The notes under the pieces: model-generated
Told to the model about the DNA's origin: nothing
Databases searched by the model: none
Seen by the model: only the letters and a program-made list of their open reading frames with translations
Shown here: one piece after another, positions 1-7,560 of the stretch
Numbering within the stretch: the first letter of the stretch is position 1
Layout: each line of letters begins with the position of its first letter
Assembly: GCA_046735395.1 (NCBI GenBank)
Contig: JBJKQR010000015.1
Location: forward strand, 1 to 11,305
Direction: 5' to 3'
Origin: Fidelibacterota bacterium
Lineage (GTDB): Bacteria > Fidelibacterota > Fidelibacteria > Fidelibacterales > DSDE01
DNA length: 11,305 bases
Made by a program: the position numbers and the translations under genes

Positions 1-137
1 TGGATATTCGTAATAATATTGTAAATATGAGTGTGGCAAATCCTGATGCTGCCGCCGTTCTCATGAAGAAATGGGTGAATGATATGGGCGAGGACGCACC
101 CGAAAGCGAATCCGGGGAGGACAAGGAGAATGGATGA
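1..137 (+). CDS. C-terminal fragment of a probable FliF-like (MS-ring) protein, 5' truncated by the window
   Basis: Frame starting at nt 3 reads DIRNNIVNMSVANPDAAAVLMKKWVNDMGEDAPESESGEDKENG* (TGA 135-137). NPDAAAVLMKKWV resembles the FliF C-terminal FliG-binding helix (xPxxxAxxxxxW). The stop overlaps the fliG start (ATGGATGA, 130-137), matching the usual fliF-fliG order. Only about 44 aa are visible. Confidence 0.6.
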   Translation, partial: DIRNNIVNMSVANPDAAAVLMKKWVNDMGEDAPESESGEDKENG

Positions 138-1062
138 AAAAAATCTGACCGGGCTTGATCGGGCAGCAATTATTTTCAAGGTATTCGGCAGCAATCTCGC
201 CGTTTCCCTCTTTAAAAATCTGAGTACGGTTGAGATGGGGCGCGTTCGCAATCATGCAGATATGATGAATCATATTCCCTTTAATCTCAAAAAGAAGGTG
301 CTGGAAGATTATTATTTCGAACTGATGGGACAGAAGTTCCGGGAAAATACAGGGGAAGAGGTTGCAGATCTCTTCGGATTTCTGACTGATATGACGGATG
401 AACAGATCGCTTTTCTGCTTGCACCCGAAACCCCGGTGGCCATCGCCCTCGCGCTGAGCCAGCTGGATGTGAGTCGTCAGGCTGCCATCATTGCCTATTT
501 TGAAAGCGATATGCAGTCCGATATTCTCATTGAAATGAACGAAATAGAAGCCATTCCCTATGAAGGTGTCATTAATATTGAAGATGATCTGCGGGAAAAG
601 AGCCGGATGATCCCCCGGAAGGCTCGGTTCAATAAAGGCGGCAGTAAGCAGGTAGCTGAATTGCTGTCTAAAATGGATCCGCAGTTTGAGAAACAATTTG
701 TAAATCAGATTCAGAGTGAAGATCCGGATCTGGCCAAGGATCTGAGCCGTTATCACCTGCGCTTCGAAGATCTGAATAAATTGCCGGTAGACGTTGTCCG
801 CGATGCCATCCGCGGTGTGGATATGAGTGATCTGGCTCTGGCCCTGAAGGGGATGGAAGAGGAATTCAAATCCTTTGTTGTGGAAAATCTGCCTCAGAAG
901 GCACAGATCATGATGGAGGATGAACTGAAGGAAGTGGAAAAGCCTCAGCCGCGTAAGAAAGTGGAAGGCGCGCGCCGGAAAATCGTGGATATTTTATCCG
1001 AGATGGTGAAAAGCGGACGCTTCAATCTGGAAGATTTCTACGAAGAAGATATGATTGAATAA
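130..1062 (+). CDS. fliG: Flagellar motor switch/rotor protein FliG, divergent (310 aa)
   Basis: Has the N-terminal LTGLDRAAIIF segment, a middle-domain ETPVAIALALSQL (canonical EHPQTIALILS), the Gly-Gly hinge KGGSKQVAELL, RFEDL, LALALKG and the C-terminal VEGARRKIVDILSEMVKSG. ATG 130 is preferred over 79 because FliG similarity begins there, GGGGAGG (114-120) lies 9 nt upstream, and it overlaps the upstream stop. Confidence 0.85.
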   Translation: MDEKNLTGLDRAAIIFKVFGSNLAVSLFKNLSTVEMGRVRNHADMMNHIPFNLKKKVLEDYYFELMGQKFRENTGEEVADLFGFLTDMTDEQIAFLLAPETPVAIALALSQLDVSRQAAIIAYFESDMQSDILIEMNEIEAIPYEGVINIEDDLREKSRMIPRKARFNKGGSKQVAELLSKMDPQFEKQFVNQIQSEDPDLAKDLSRYHLRFEDLNKLPVDVVRDAIRGVDMSDLALALKGMEEEFKSFVVENLPQKAQIMMEDELKEVEKPQPRKKVEGARRKIVDILSEMVKSGRFNLEDFYEEDMIE

Positions 1063-1285
1063 TCCCGATAAGATTATGTAGGCATGATCTGTAAGTCGGC
1101 TTAGTTGTAAACATATAAATAATAAACATTTTATTACTGAAATCAGGTTCGGTTATTTCGAAGGGTAAGGAATGAAATCCTCAAAAAAATGCATTCCCAA
1201 ACTAAGCTCTTTTATAAAGGTTGGAAATTTGATAATTTGTATGGAGAAGGAGCTGTAGGCAGTGAATTATAAAAGAACAAAAGAA

Positions 1286-1314
1286 TTGACAAGAATTGCT
1301 GAAATATATATATT
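1286..1314 (+). promoter_or_regulatory. sigma70-type promoter for the TBDT operon
   Basis: TTGACA (1286-1291), a 17-nt spacer, then TATATT (1309-1314). An A-rich UP-like tract lies upstream and the site is about 100 nt before ATG 1416. Confidence 0.75.
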
Positions 1315-1329
1315 CGCATGAAACAATAA

Positions 1330-1354
1330 GTGGTTAGAAAGATTGACTAACTAA
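1330..1354 (+). promoter_or_regulatory. Candidate repressor operator (ROK/XylR-like imperfect palindrome)
   Basis: GTGGTTAG-N9-CTAACTAA with a perfect inner GTTAG/CTAAC dyad, just downstream of the predicted transcription start. It resembles the recalled XylR-type layout TTAGTTTG-N9-CAAACTAA. Confidence 0.4.
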
Positions 1355-1415
1355 TTTGCTGGAAAAATAACAAGTACCAACTAATTATCAACGGAGAATA
1401 AAGGAGCGTATAGAA

Positions 1416-4400
1416 ATGAGACTATTGAAATTCGTTCTGGTTTCCCTCGCAATTGCGGGCTTCAGCTATGCAGGTACGACCGGTAAGATCACCGGTTATG
1501 TGCATGATACTGACAGTGGTCAGCCGCTGGCCGGAGCCAATGTTATTATCGATGGAACCGGACTTGGTGCCGCGACCGATGCCGATGGCTACTTTGTCAT
1601 CCTGAATGTGGCGCCGGGGCTTTATGACGTCACTGCAACCTATGTCGGCTACAAAAAGCTCGCCATGACGCAGGTGATGGTGTTCATCGATCTGACTACT
1701 GAGCTAGAATTCAAAATGGAAACTTCCGCCTATCAGGGTGAAACGGTCACGGTCGTGGCCGAGCGCCCTCCGGTACAGACGGATGTTGCTTCCAGCCAGA
1801 CCAGTGTGTCTCAGGAAGAGGTCAGCTCGCTTCCAGTGGTTTCCGTATCAGATGTGATGTCATTGCAGGCCGGTATGGAAGGCTGGGAGGTGCGCTCCGG
1901 GGATGTGGATGAAACCACGCTCATGATGGACGGTGTGTCCATGAAGGATGACCGTACCGGTCAGCCTGTTTCCGGTGTTGCACTTTCATCCGTGAAGGAA
2001 ATCAACATTCAATCCGGAGGCTTCAGCGCTGAATATGGAAATCTGCAGTCAGGACTGGTCAATGTGGTGACCCGGGAAGGTGACCGCGATAAATATTCTC
2101 TGACTCTGAGCTATAAATATTCGCCGGCGGCGGAAAAACATTTCGGAACCTCCGTCTTTGACGTGAATTCCTATTATCTGCGTCCATATATGGATCCCGA
2201 GGTCTGCTATACCGGAACCGATAACGGGGCATGGTCAAAGTCCATGCAGAGGAATTATCCGACCTTTGTGGGCTGGAATGCCATATCCGCCCAGCTCCTG
2301 TCCAATGATGATCCGACGGATGACCTGTCTCCGGAAGGCGCCAAGCGGCTCTTCGAATGGCAGCATCGCCGCGATGGCCGCATCAAGCTGGGAGATTATT
2401 CACTTGATATGGGTTTCGGCGGACCGGTTCCCTTCGCCCAGGCACTGGGGAATCTGCGTTTTTATACCGGTATCACTGCCAATCGCAATATGTACCTGAT
2501 CCCCATGGCAAAAGACGGTCTCCGGGATTTTGCCATCAATACCAAAGTTACTTCGGATATCAGCAAGAAAACCAAGCTTCAGGTAACCTCCTTTTACAAG
2601 AAGACCAGCGGATCTTCCGAATCTGAGACCGGACTTGCAAATCTGATCACCGGTGTGGGAGATCTGGCTGATAATTTTGCCGGCGCTTCACAGCAGAGAT
2701 CGAAGATCTGGTATCCGCATTATTTCTGTCAGACGGACATGATCAATTTTGCAGAATCCATGAATCTGACGACCACCCTCAATGAAAAATCATACCTTGA
2801 AGTCCTGGCCCAGTATTCGGGAACCAGCTACAATACCTATCCGGTTCCCGAAAAAGACCCCAGTTCGGCTACGGGTTTCCTGGAAAGGGACCGGACAGCC
2901 AAGTATGATATTTTTCCCGAGGCTGATCAGACTTTTCTGACAAGCGAACTTCCCTATGGTTTTGAATACCTGTCATCGAACAGTCTCGACGGCTTCATTG
3001 CCGGTCTGAAATCCAATTCGCGCGACAGTACCAAAACCTCAAATTTCAATCTTCATGCGAATTATGTCAATCAGGTGACGGCTCATCACCAGATCAAGAC
3101 CGGACTGGCATTCGAACAGTACAGCTACCACATGAATTACGGAGCTATCAATATTGCCCTGCCCAGCGGCCGTCCCTGGACGAAGTGGGATGCAAGTCCC
3201 CGGACCTATGCTGCCTATGTTCAGGACAAGATTGAATACGACGGCTGGGTGGCGACTCTCGGCCTGCGCGGAGAATACCTGGATCCCAATATTGAATGGT
3301 GGGATGTGAGTCCTTTTGACAAGGGATTCTTCACCTCCAGCTATCGCCCGACAAAGGATGGTGAGTTCGCGAAAAAGAAAGCGAAGGGACAGTTCACGCT
3401 CATGCCGCGCCTCGGTATTGCCCATCCTATTTCGGATGTGTCGAAACTCTATTTCAATTATGGCCACATGAGACAGAAATTCAATCCGGATGACCTCTAT
3501 GCCATTCGCCGTGAAACATCCTGGAAACTGCAGTATATGGGGGATCCGGAAGCACCGCAGGAAAAAACCATTTCCTATGAGCTGGGATATGAACACTTCC
3601 TCTTTAATGCCTACAATCTGAAGATTTCCGGATATTACAAGGATAAATCAGACCAGCTCGGAAGCGTCGGATATCATAATACGGACGGATCCATCTCTTA
3701 CAGCATGGCCGCGAATATGTACTATCAGGATGTAAAAGGTCTGGAAATCGAACTGAAAAAGTCGCGCGGCAAATATCTGAAAGGCAAAATCAACTACAAT
3801 TACGCTATTTACTCATCCGGCTATTTCGGTATCAGACAGAATTATGAGAATCCCGTGGATCAGCGTATGTATCTGGCAAATATCGGGAACCAGCTGCAGA
3901 GCAGGCCTCTGCCTCTGCCCAAGATCAAGTACAGCTTTACCGGCATGCTGCCTCAGGGACGCGGGATGGTCTCCTCAGTACTGGGCGGCTGGACGATGAC
4001 ACTTACCGGCGCCTGGCAGGCGGGTTCCTATGCCACGTACGGCACCAATCCGAATGTGGTCAATAATGTCCGCGGTAAGGATTATTTCGGCATGGATATG
4101 AAATTTGCCAAGGATTTCAGGATCTCCAATACAGCCCGACTCACTGTGTTTGCCGATATCAGCAATGTGCTGAATATCAAGAACTTCAGCTACTACGGCA
4201 TCGGCGATCCCTACCTGAATCCCACCGACAGGAACGATTACCTGGAGAGCCTCCATTTCAAGAAAGCCGTGTATGATGAGCTGACCTCACCCCATATTTC
4301 CGGAAACGACCGCATTGGTGATTACCGGGCCAACGGCGTGGACTACCAGCCTATGACATATGTCAACGCCCCGACAGCCAATTTCCTGAAAAACGCCGAT

Positions 4401-4655
4401 CCGGGCACCTATTATTATGTGGGAAACCTGGATGCTCTCGCTACGCTTTTTCCGGATGTGACGTTTGATGAGAGTACACCCGATAATGAACGCTACGTAA
4501 AGGTCGTGGACGGTGAATGGGTCCGTGTGGAAAAATCAGCAATTGATCAGACGATCAGTAAAAAAGCCTATATTGACATGCCCGACAACAGCTCCTTCAC
4601 TTTCCTCAATCCCCGGGATATCTTCATTGGCGTCAAACTGTCATTTGACCTGTAA
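1416..4655 (+). CDS. TonB-dependent outer-membrane transporter with N-terminal carboxypeptidase-regulatory-like domain (1079 aa)
   Basis: Signal peptide (FSYA/G), then GKITGYVHD..GQPLAGANVII..GAATDADGYF..YVGY (CarbopepD_reg-like) and a TonB-box-like ETVTVVAE. Plug motifs are VRSGDVDET..MMDGV and SGGFSAEYGNLQSGLVNVVTREG. Barrel motifs are AYVQDKIE, LGLRGEY, MPRLGIAHPI, EKTISYELGY and NVLN, ending in the beta-strand NPRDIFIGVKLSFDL. RBS AAGGAG at 1401-1406. Confidence 0.93.
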   Translation: MRLLKFVLVSLAIAGFSYAGTTGKITGYVHDTDSGQPLAGANVIIDGTGLGAATDADGYFVILNVAPGLYDVTATYVGYKKLAMTQVMVFIDLTTELEFKMETSAYQGETVTVVAERPPVQTDVASSQTSVSQEEVSSLPVVSVSDVMSLQAGMEGWEVRSGDVDETTLMMDGVSMKDDRTGQPVSGVALSSVKEINIQSGGFSAEYGNLQSGLVNVVTREGDRDKYSLTLSYKYSPAAEKHFGTSVFDVNSYYLRPYMDPEVCYTGTDNGAWSKSMQRNYPTFVGWNAISAQLLSNDDPTDDLSPEGAKRLFEWQHRRDGRIKLGDYSLDMGFGGPVPFAQALGNLRFYTGITANRNMYLIPMAKDGLRDFAINTKVTSDISKKTKLQVTSFYKKTSGSSESETGLANLITGVGDLADNFAGASQQRSKIWYPHYFCQTDMINFAESMNLTTTLNEKSYLEVLAQYSGTSYNTYPVPEKDPSSATGFLERDRTAKYDIFPEADQTFLTSELPYGFEYLSSNSLDGFIAGLKSNSRDSTKTSNFNLHANYVNQVTAHHQIKTGLAFEQYSYHMNYGAINIALPSGRPWTKWDASPRTYAAYVQDKIEYDGWVATLGLRGEYLDPNIEWWDVSPFDKGFFTSSYRPTKDGEFAKKKAKGQFTLMPRLGIAHPISDVSKLYFNYGHMRQKFNPDDLYAIRRETSWKLQYMGDPEAPQEKTISYELGYEHFLFNAYNLKISGYYKDKSDQLGSVGYHNTDGSISYSMAANMYYQDVKGLEIELKKSRGKYLKGKINYNYAIYSSGYFGIRQNYENPVDQRMYLANIGNQLQSRPLPLPKIKYSFTGMLPQGRGMVSSVLGGWTMTLTGAWQAGSYATYGTNPNVVNNVRGKDYFGMDMKFAKDFRISNTARLTVFADISNVLNIKNFSYYGIGDPYLNPTDRNDYLESLHFKKAVYDELTSPHISGNDRIGDYRANGVDYQPMTYVNAPTANFLKNADPGTYYYVGNLDALATLFPDVTFDESTPDNERYVKVVDGEWVRVEKSAIDQTISKKAYIDMPDNSSFTFLNPRDIFIGVKLSFDL

Positions 4656-4680
4656 TCACAGAGAATAAAGGAACGTTTCT

Positions 4681-6963
4681 ATGCATATTCAAACGAGAAA
4701 ATGGGGAAGAGACAGTCTGAAGCTGATTCTGGCTCTGACCGTCTTTGTCCTGAGTCTGTCGGCGCAGGAAGCACGATGGGTAATGGTGGGAAGCCTTCAT
4801 AATTTCTACCAGTCCTACGGAAGTGAACCTGAAGAGGCCTTCGGGTCCGAACAGCAGTGGGGGCTTCGCTGGAATGCCTTCTACGATCATCAGGATATAC
4901 AGTGCGCCCGCGGATTCTGGATCGCGGCCGCAAATTACAACGATGCGGTAGCCGGTACAAAATATGATTACAAGGTAGCTCATGCCGGGCCCCGCGCCGT
5001 TGCCGGCGGCAGGTCCATCGAAGGAACTGAAATGATGCCGGTTCCCGGAAAATTCGCACTCTACGGCACAAGTTCGGTTCCGTCCGTATATGTGGATAAT
5101 GAGGGTGCATCTGATCTTGCTTCGAATGATATCGTGGATGTCACGGATGAAACCATGACGGCCACACGCATGCTGTACATCGAGACAAACTCCTCTGTGG
5201 GAATTTCCATGCAGCGCCGTGTTTATGCCTGGGATCATCCCGACTACGATAATTTTCATATCAACGATTTCACCTTCACCAATACCGGTATATATGATTC
5301 GAAAGGTGATGTGAATTCTCAGACTCTCGAAGGCGTGTATTTCAACTGGCAGTACCGGAATGCAGTCAATGGCGAGGGAACGGTAGAGACTGCTGCCCAG
5401 GCAGATGGCTATGGGCGTCACGGCTGGGGAACACCCCGGGATATGCGCTGGGGTATCAATACCATGAATGATGCCATCGGTGAAGATCCGAACAATCCCA
5501 ATCTGACCTCCATTTATACAGCTGACCAGACGGATCCGGGCACGGGAGTGGATGTGAAGGATGATGACGGAAACTATATGCGGGCCATCGTCACCTGGCA
5601 TGGGAAGCACAATGTTCCCGCCTATGACAATATCGGTTCTCCGAATGTGGACGGCTGGAATCCGGACGGACGGCTCGGTTCTTATGAATACACGGGCGTG
5701 GTCACGCTTCACGCAGACAAAAGTGCAACGGATGCAACGGATGATCCCATGCAGCCCACCGGAACACCCTTTATCGAATCGAATGATCCGGCCACGATCA
5801 GCAATGATCAGTATAATGCTGTCCGTATGACCAGCGAATACCAGAAATTCATAGCTTCCGGTCATCCGGTTCTGGGTTCGCAGGCCGAACAGGTCGGTAC
5901 AGGATTTGCGAACGTTTTTGCAACGGCCGGCGGTTATTCTTCCATGATTTCCTATGGTCCCTATACGCTGGCACCGGGTGAGAGTGTCCATATCGTATGG
6001 GCGGAAGCTGTAGATGGACTTGGCCGGGATTACAACGACCAGCAGGCAGTGGGCGATCTCCGTGAGAAGATCGGCCAGACCTGGTACAAGACTGCCATTG
6101 ACGGCCAGTCCCAAAGCGATGTGCTTATGCCGGACGGAACCACCACAACACTGTCCACCGAAGCAGACGCGGATCTCTACAAGGATTCCTGGGTCTATAC
6201 CAGCCGCGATTCACTCTATAAAACTTTTCGGAAAGCAATTGATCTCTACAAGAATAAAAATATGGATCTGGGAAGCAATATGCCTCCGCCGCCTCCGTCC
6301 TCCTTTCAGGTTACATCTCAGGGAAACCGTATTCTTCTTCAGTGGAGCAACAACGCCGAATCTGCACCCGGATTTGTGGGCTACCGCATTTACCGGGCCA
6401 TGGGCGAATATCAGGATTCAACCTATTATCTGATTGCTGATCTGAACAAGATCGACGCAAGTCTTGCCAATGAATTCTCTGATATGACGGCGATCCGCGG
6501 TCAGAATTACTTTTATTACATCTCGAGTTATGACAACGGCCTTGCTGCTGGCCATGTACTCGAATCCAATCCGCTCTATACCCGGACGAACAAGGCTGCG
6601 ACGCTGCTCAAGCCTCCCTACAAATCTCTCGATGATGTCCGGATCGTACCCAACCCCTTCAACATCCGCAATACGAATCTGAACTACATCGGAACACCGT
6701 ATTTAATCCGCTTCTTCAATCTGCCCAAGATCTGCGAAATCAACATCTATACCGAACGTGGTGATCTGGTCAAACATATCCATCACGAAGGCAGCGGTGA
6801 CAACTCCTGGGATCTGCTGACGGATTCACGTCAGATTATCGTCTCCGGGATTTACCTCGTTCATTTTGAGGTTCCGGAAGACGTCTATGATGATGATGAT
6901 CCGGGCAGGCTGCTGATCAAGGCCGGAACCACCAATATTAAAAAATTCATCGTGATACGGTAA
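4681..6963 (+). CDS. Secreted protein with an uncharacterised N-terminal region, a fibronectin type III domain and a variant T9SS-like C-terminal sorting domain (760 aa)
   Basis: SPI signal (LSLSA/Q). A PPPPP linker precedes an FN3 pattern (ILLQW..FVGYRIYRA..YFYYISSYD). The C-terminus VRIVPNPF..IRFFNLP..INIYTERGDLVK..WDL..SGIYLVH..KKFIVIR parallels CTD motifs. RBS AAAGGA at 4667-4672. No lipobox and no SusD/TPR pattern were seen. Confidence 0.8.
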   Translation: MHIQTRKWGRDSLKLILALTVFVLSLSAQEARWVMVGSLHNFYQSYGSEPEEAFGSEQQWGLRWNAFYDHQDIQCARGFWIAAANYNDAVAGTKYDYKVAHAGPRAVAGGRSIEGTEMMPVPGKFALYGTSSVPSVYVDNEGASDLASNDIVDVTDETMTATRMLYIETNSSVGISMQRRVYAWDHPDYDNFHINDFTFTNTGIYDSKGDVNSQTLEGVYFNWQYRNAVNGEGTVETAAQADGYGRHGWGTPRDMRWGINTMNDAIGEDPNNPNLTSIYTADQTDPGTGVDVKDDDGNYMRAIVTWHGKHNVPAYDNIGSPNVDGWNPDGRLGSYEYTGVVTLHADKSATDATDDPMQPTGTPFIESNDPATISNDQYNAVRMTSEYQKFIASGHPVLGSQAEQVGTGFANVFATAGGYSSMISYGPYTLAPGESVHIVWAEAVDGLGRDYNDQQAVGDLREKIGQTWYKTAIDGQSQSDVLMPDGTTTTLSTEADADLYKDSWVYTSRDSLYKTFRKAIDLYKNKNMDLGSNMPPPPPSSFQVTSQGNRILLQWSNNAESAPGFVGYRIYRAMGEYQDSTYYLIADLNKIDASLANEFSDMTAIRGQNYFYYISSYDNGLAAGHVLESNPLYTRTNKAATLLKPPYKSLDDVRIVPNPFNIRNTNLNYIGTPYLIRFFNLPKICEINIYTERGDLVKHIHHEGSGDNSWDLLTDSRQIIVSGIYLVHFEVPEDVYDDDDPGRLLIKAGTTNIKKFIVIR

Positions 6964-6973
6964 GGAGAGCATC

Positions 6974-7516
6974 ATGAAACTAAAAACCATACTTCCCGTG
7001 TTGCTGATGGCTCTCATTTCTCTCTTTTCTGCCTGCAGTGACTATGAAAGCAATACGGACATCGTTCTGTCCTCTGTCGATGAGCAGGCCATTGCGACGT
7101 TCACAGATACACTTCGTGACACAGTCACTTCAGTCATTTCGACGGCTGAAGTGAAGGACATTGCTGCAACGCTTTCTGCCGGTAATATGCTTACCGTTCA
7201 GGATAGAGCTTATATCATGACCACTGGAGGTGATACGTCCTGGGTTCAGATCACTGCAACGGCAGGAAATCTTGTCGTATACATGGATGATTACGTGGAT
7301 CTGTCCCTCTTTGATGCGGTAACCGGAGAATCTGTCGTGATGAAGGACGATATGATTTCCGTTCATCTCATGGCCAGTTTAAGAAAAAAACTGAGTTCAG
7401 TTATCAAAGTCAGAAACCTGTGGGCTGTGGATGCAGGGCCGTATATGCTGCAGATCCGGAGATCCGATAAGACATTAAAGTCCTCAGTGACCGTAGCGGT
7501 TCTGAGTGAAAACTAA
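6974..7516 (+). CDS. Uncharacterised lipoprotein (180 aa)
   Basis: Basic N-terminus, hydrophobic stretch and lipobox FSA-C21. RBS AAGGAG overlaps the upstream stop. The mature region looks beta-rich but no family was recognised. Confidence 0.8.
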   Translation: MKLKTILPVLLMALISLFSACSDYESNTDIVLSSVDEQAIATFTDTLRDTVTSVISTAEVKDIAATLSAGNMLTVQDRAYIMTTGGDTSWVQITATAGNLVVYMDDYVDLSLFDAVTGESVVMKDDMISVHLMASLRKKLSSVIKVRNLWAVDAGPYMLQIRRSDKTLKSSVTVAVLSEN

Positions 7517-7560
7517 TGCGGAACCCGGAATTGTTAACCCTTCAATGGAGATTATGTGTG

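Noticed and set aside
79..129. N-terminal extension of FliG in the ORF track
   Set aside because: It lies inside the upstream FliF-like frame. FliG similarity and the RBS support ATG 130.
61..756. 231-aa minus-strand ORF
   Set aside because: Antisense shadow of fliG with no recognisable motifs and atypical composition.
1059..1136. Inverted repeats ATAATC/GATTAT (1059-1077) and TAATAAA/TTTATTA (1120-1136) as a fliG terminator
   Set aside because: Weak, almost entirely AT stems without a U-tract, as expected by chance in AT-rich DNA.
1172..1258. 28-aa ORF MKSSKKCIPKLSSFIKVGNLIICMEKEL in the spacer
   Set aside because: The TAAGGA abuts the ATG with no spacing, the sequence is AT-rich unlike neighbouring genes, and no motif is visible.
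2266..4256. Alternative-frame and antisense ORFs inside the TBDT (2266-2499, 3039-3596, 3975-4256)
   Set aside because: Fully nested in a well-supported gene with no independent evidence.
4681..6963. Calling the TBDT and this gene susC/susD
   Set aside because: No lipobox or SusD signature; it has an SPI signal, FN3 and a CTD instead.
4633..7017. 493-aa antisense ORF and other nested ORFs over the 760-aa gene
   Set aside because: Explained by codon bias of the sense gene, which suppresses antisense stops. No domains were recognised.
7516..7560. Extended start of the PorV-like gene at 7516 (TAATG overlap)
   Set aside because: It adds 15 aa before a clean signal peptide, and GGAG supports 7561 (or GTG 7558). 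It cannot be fully excluded.
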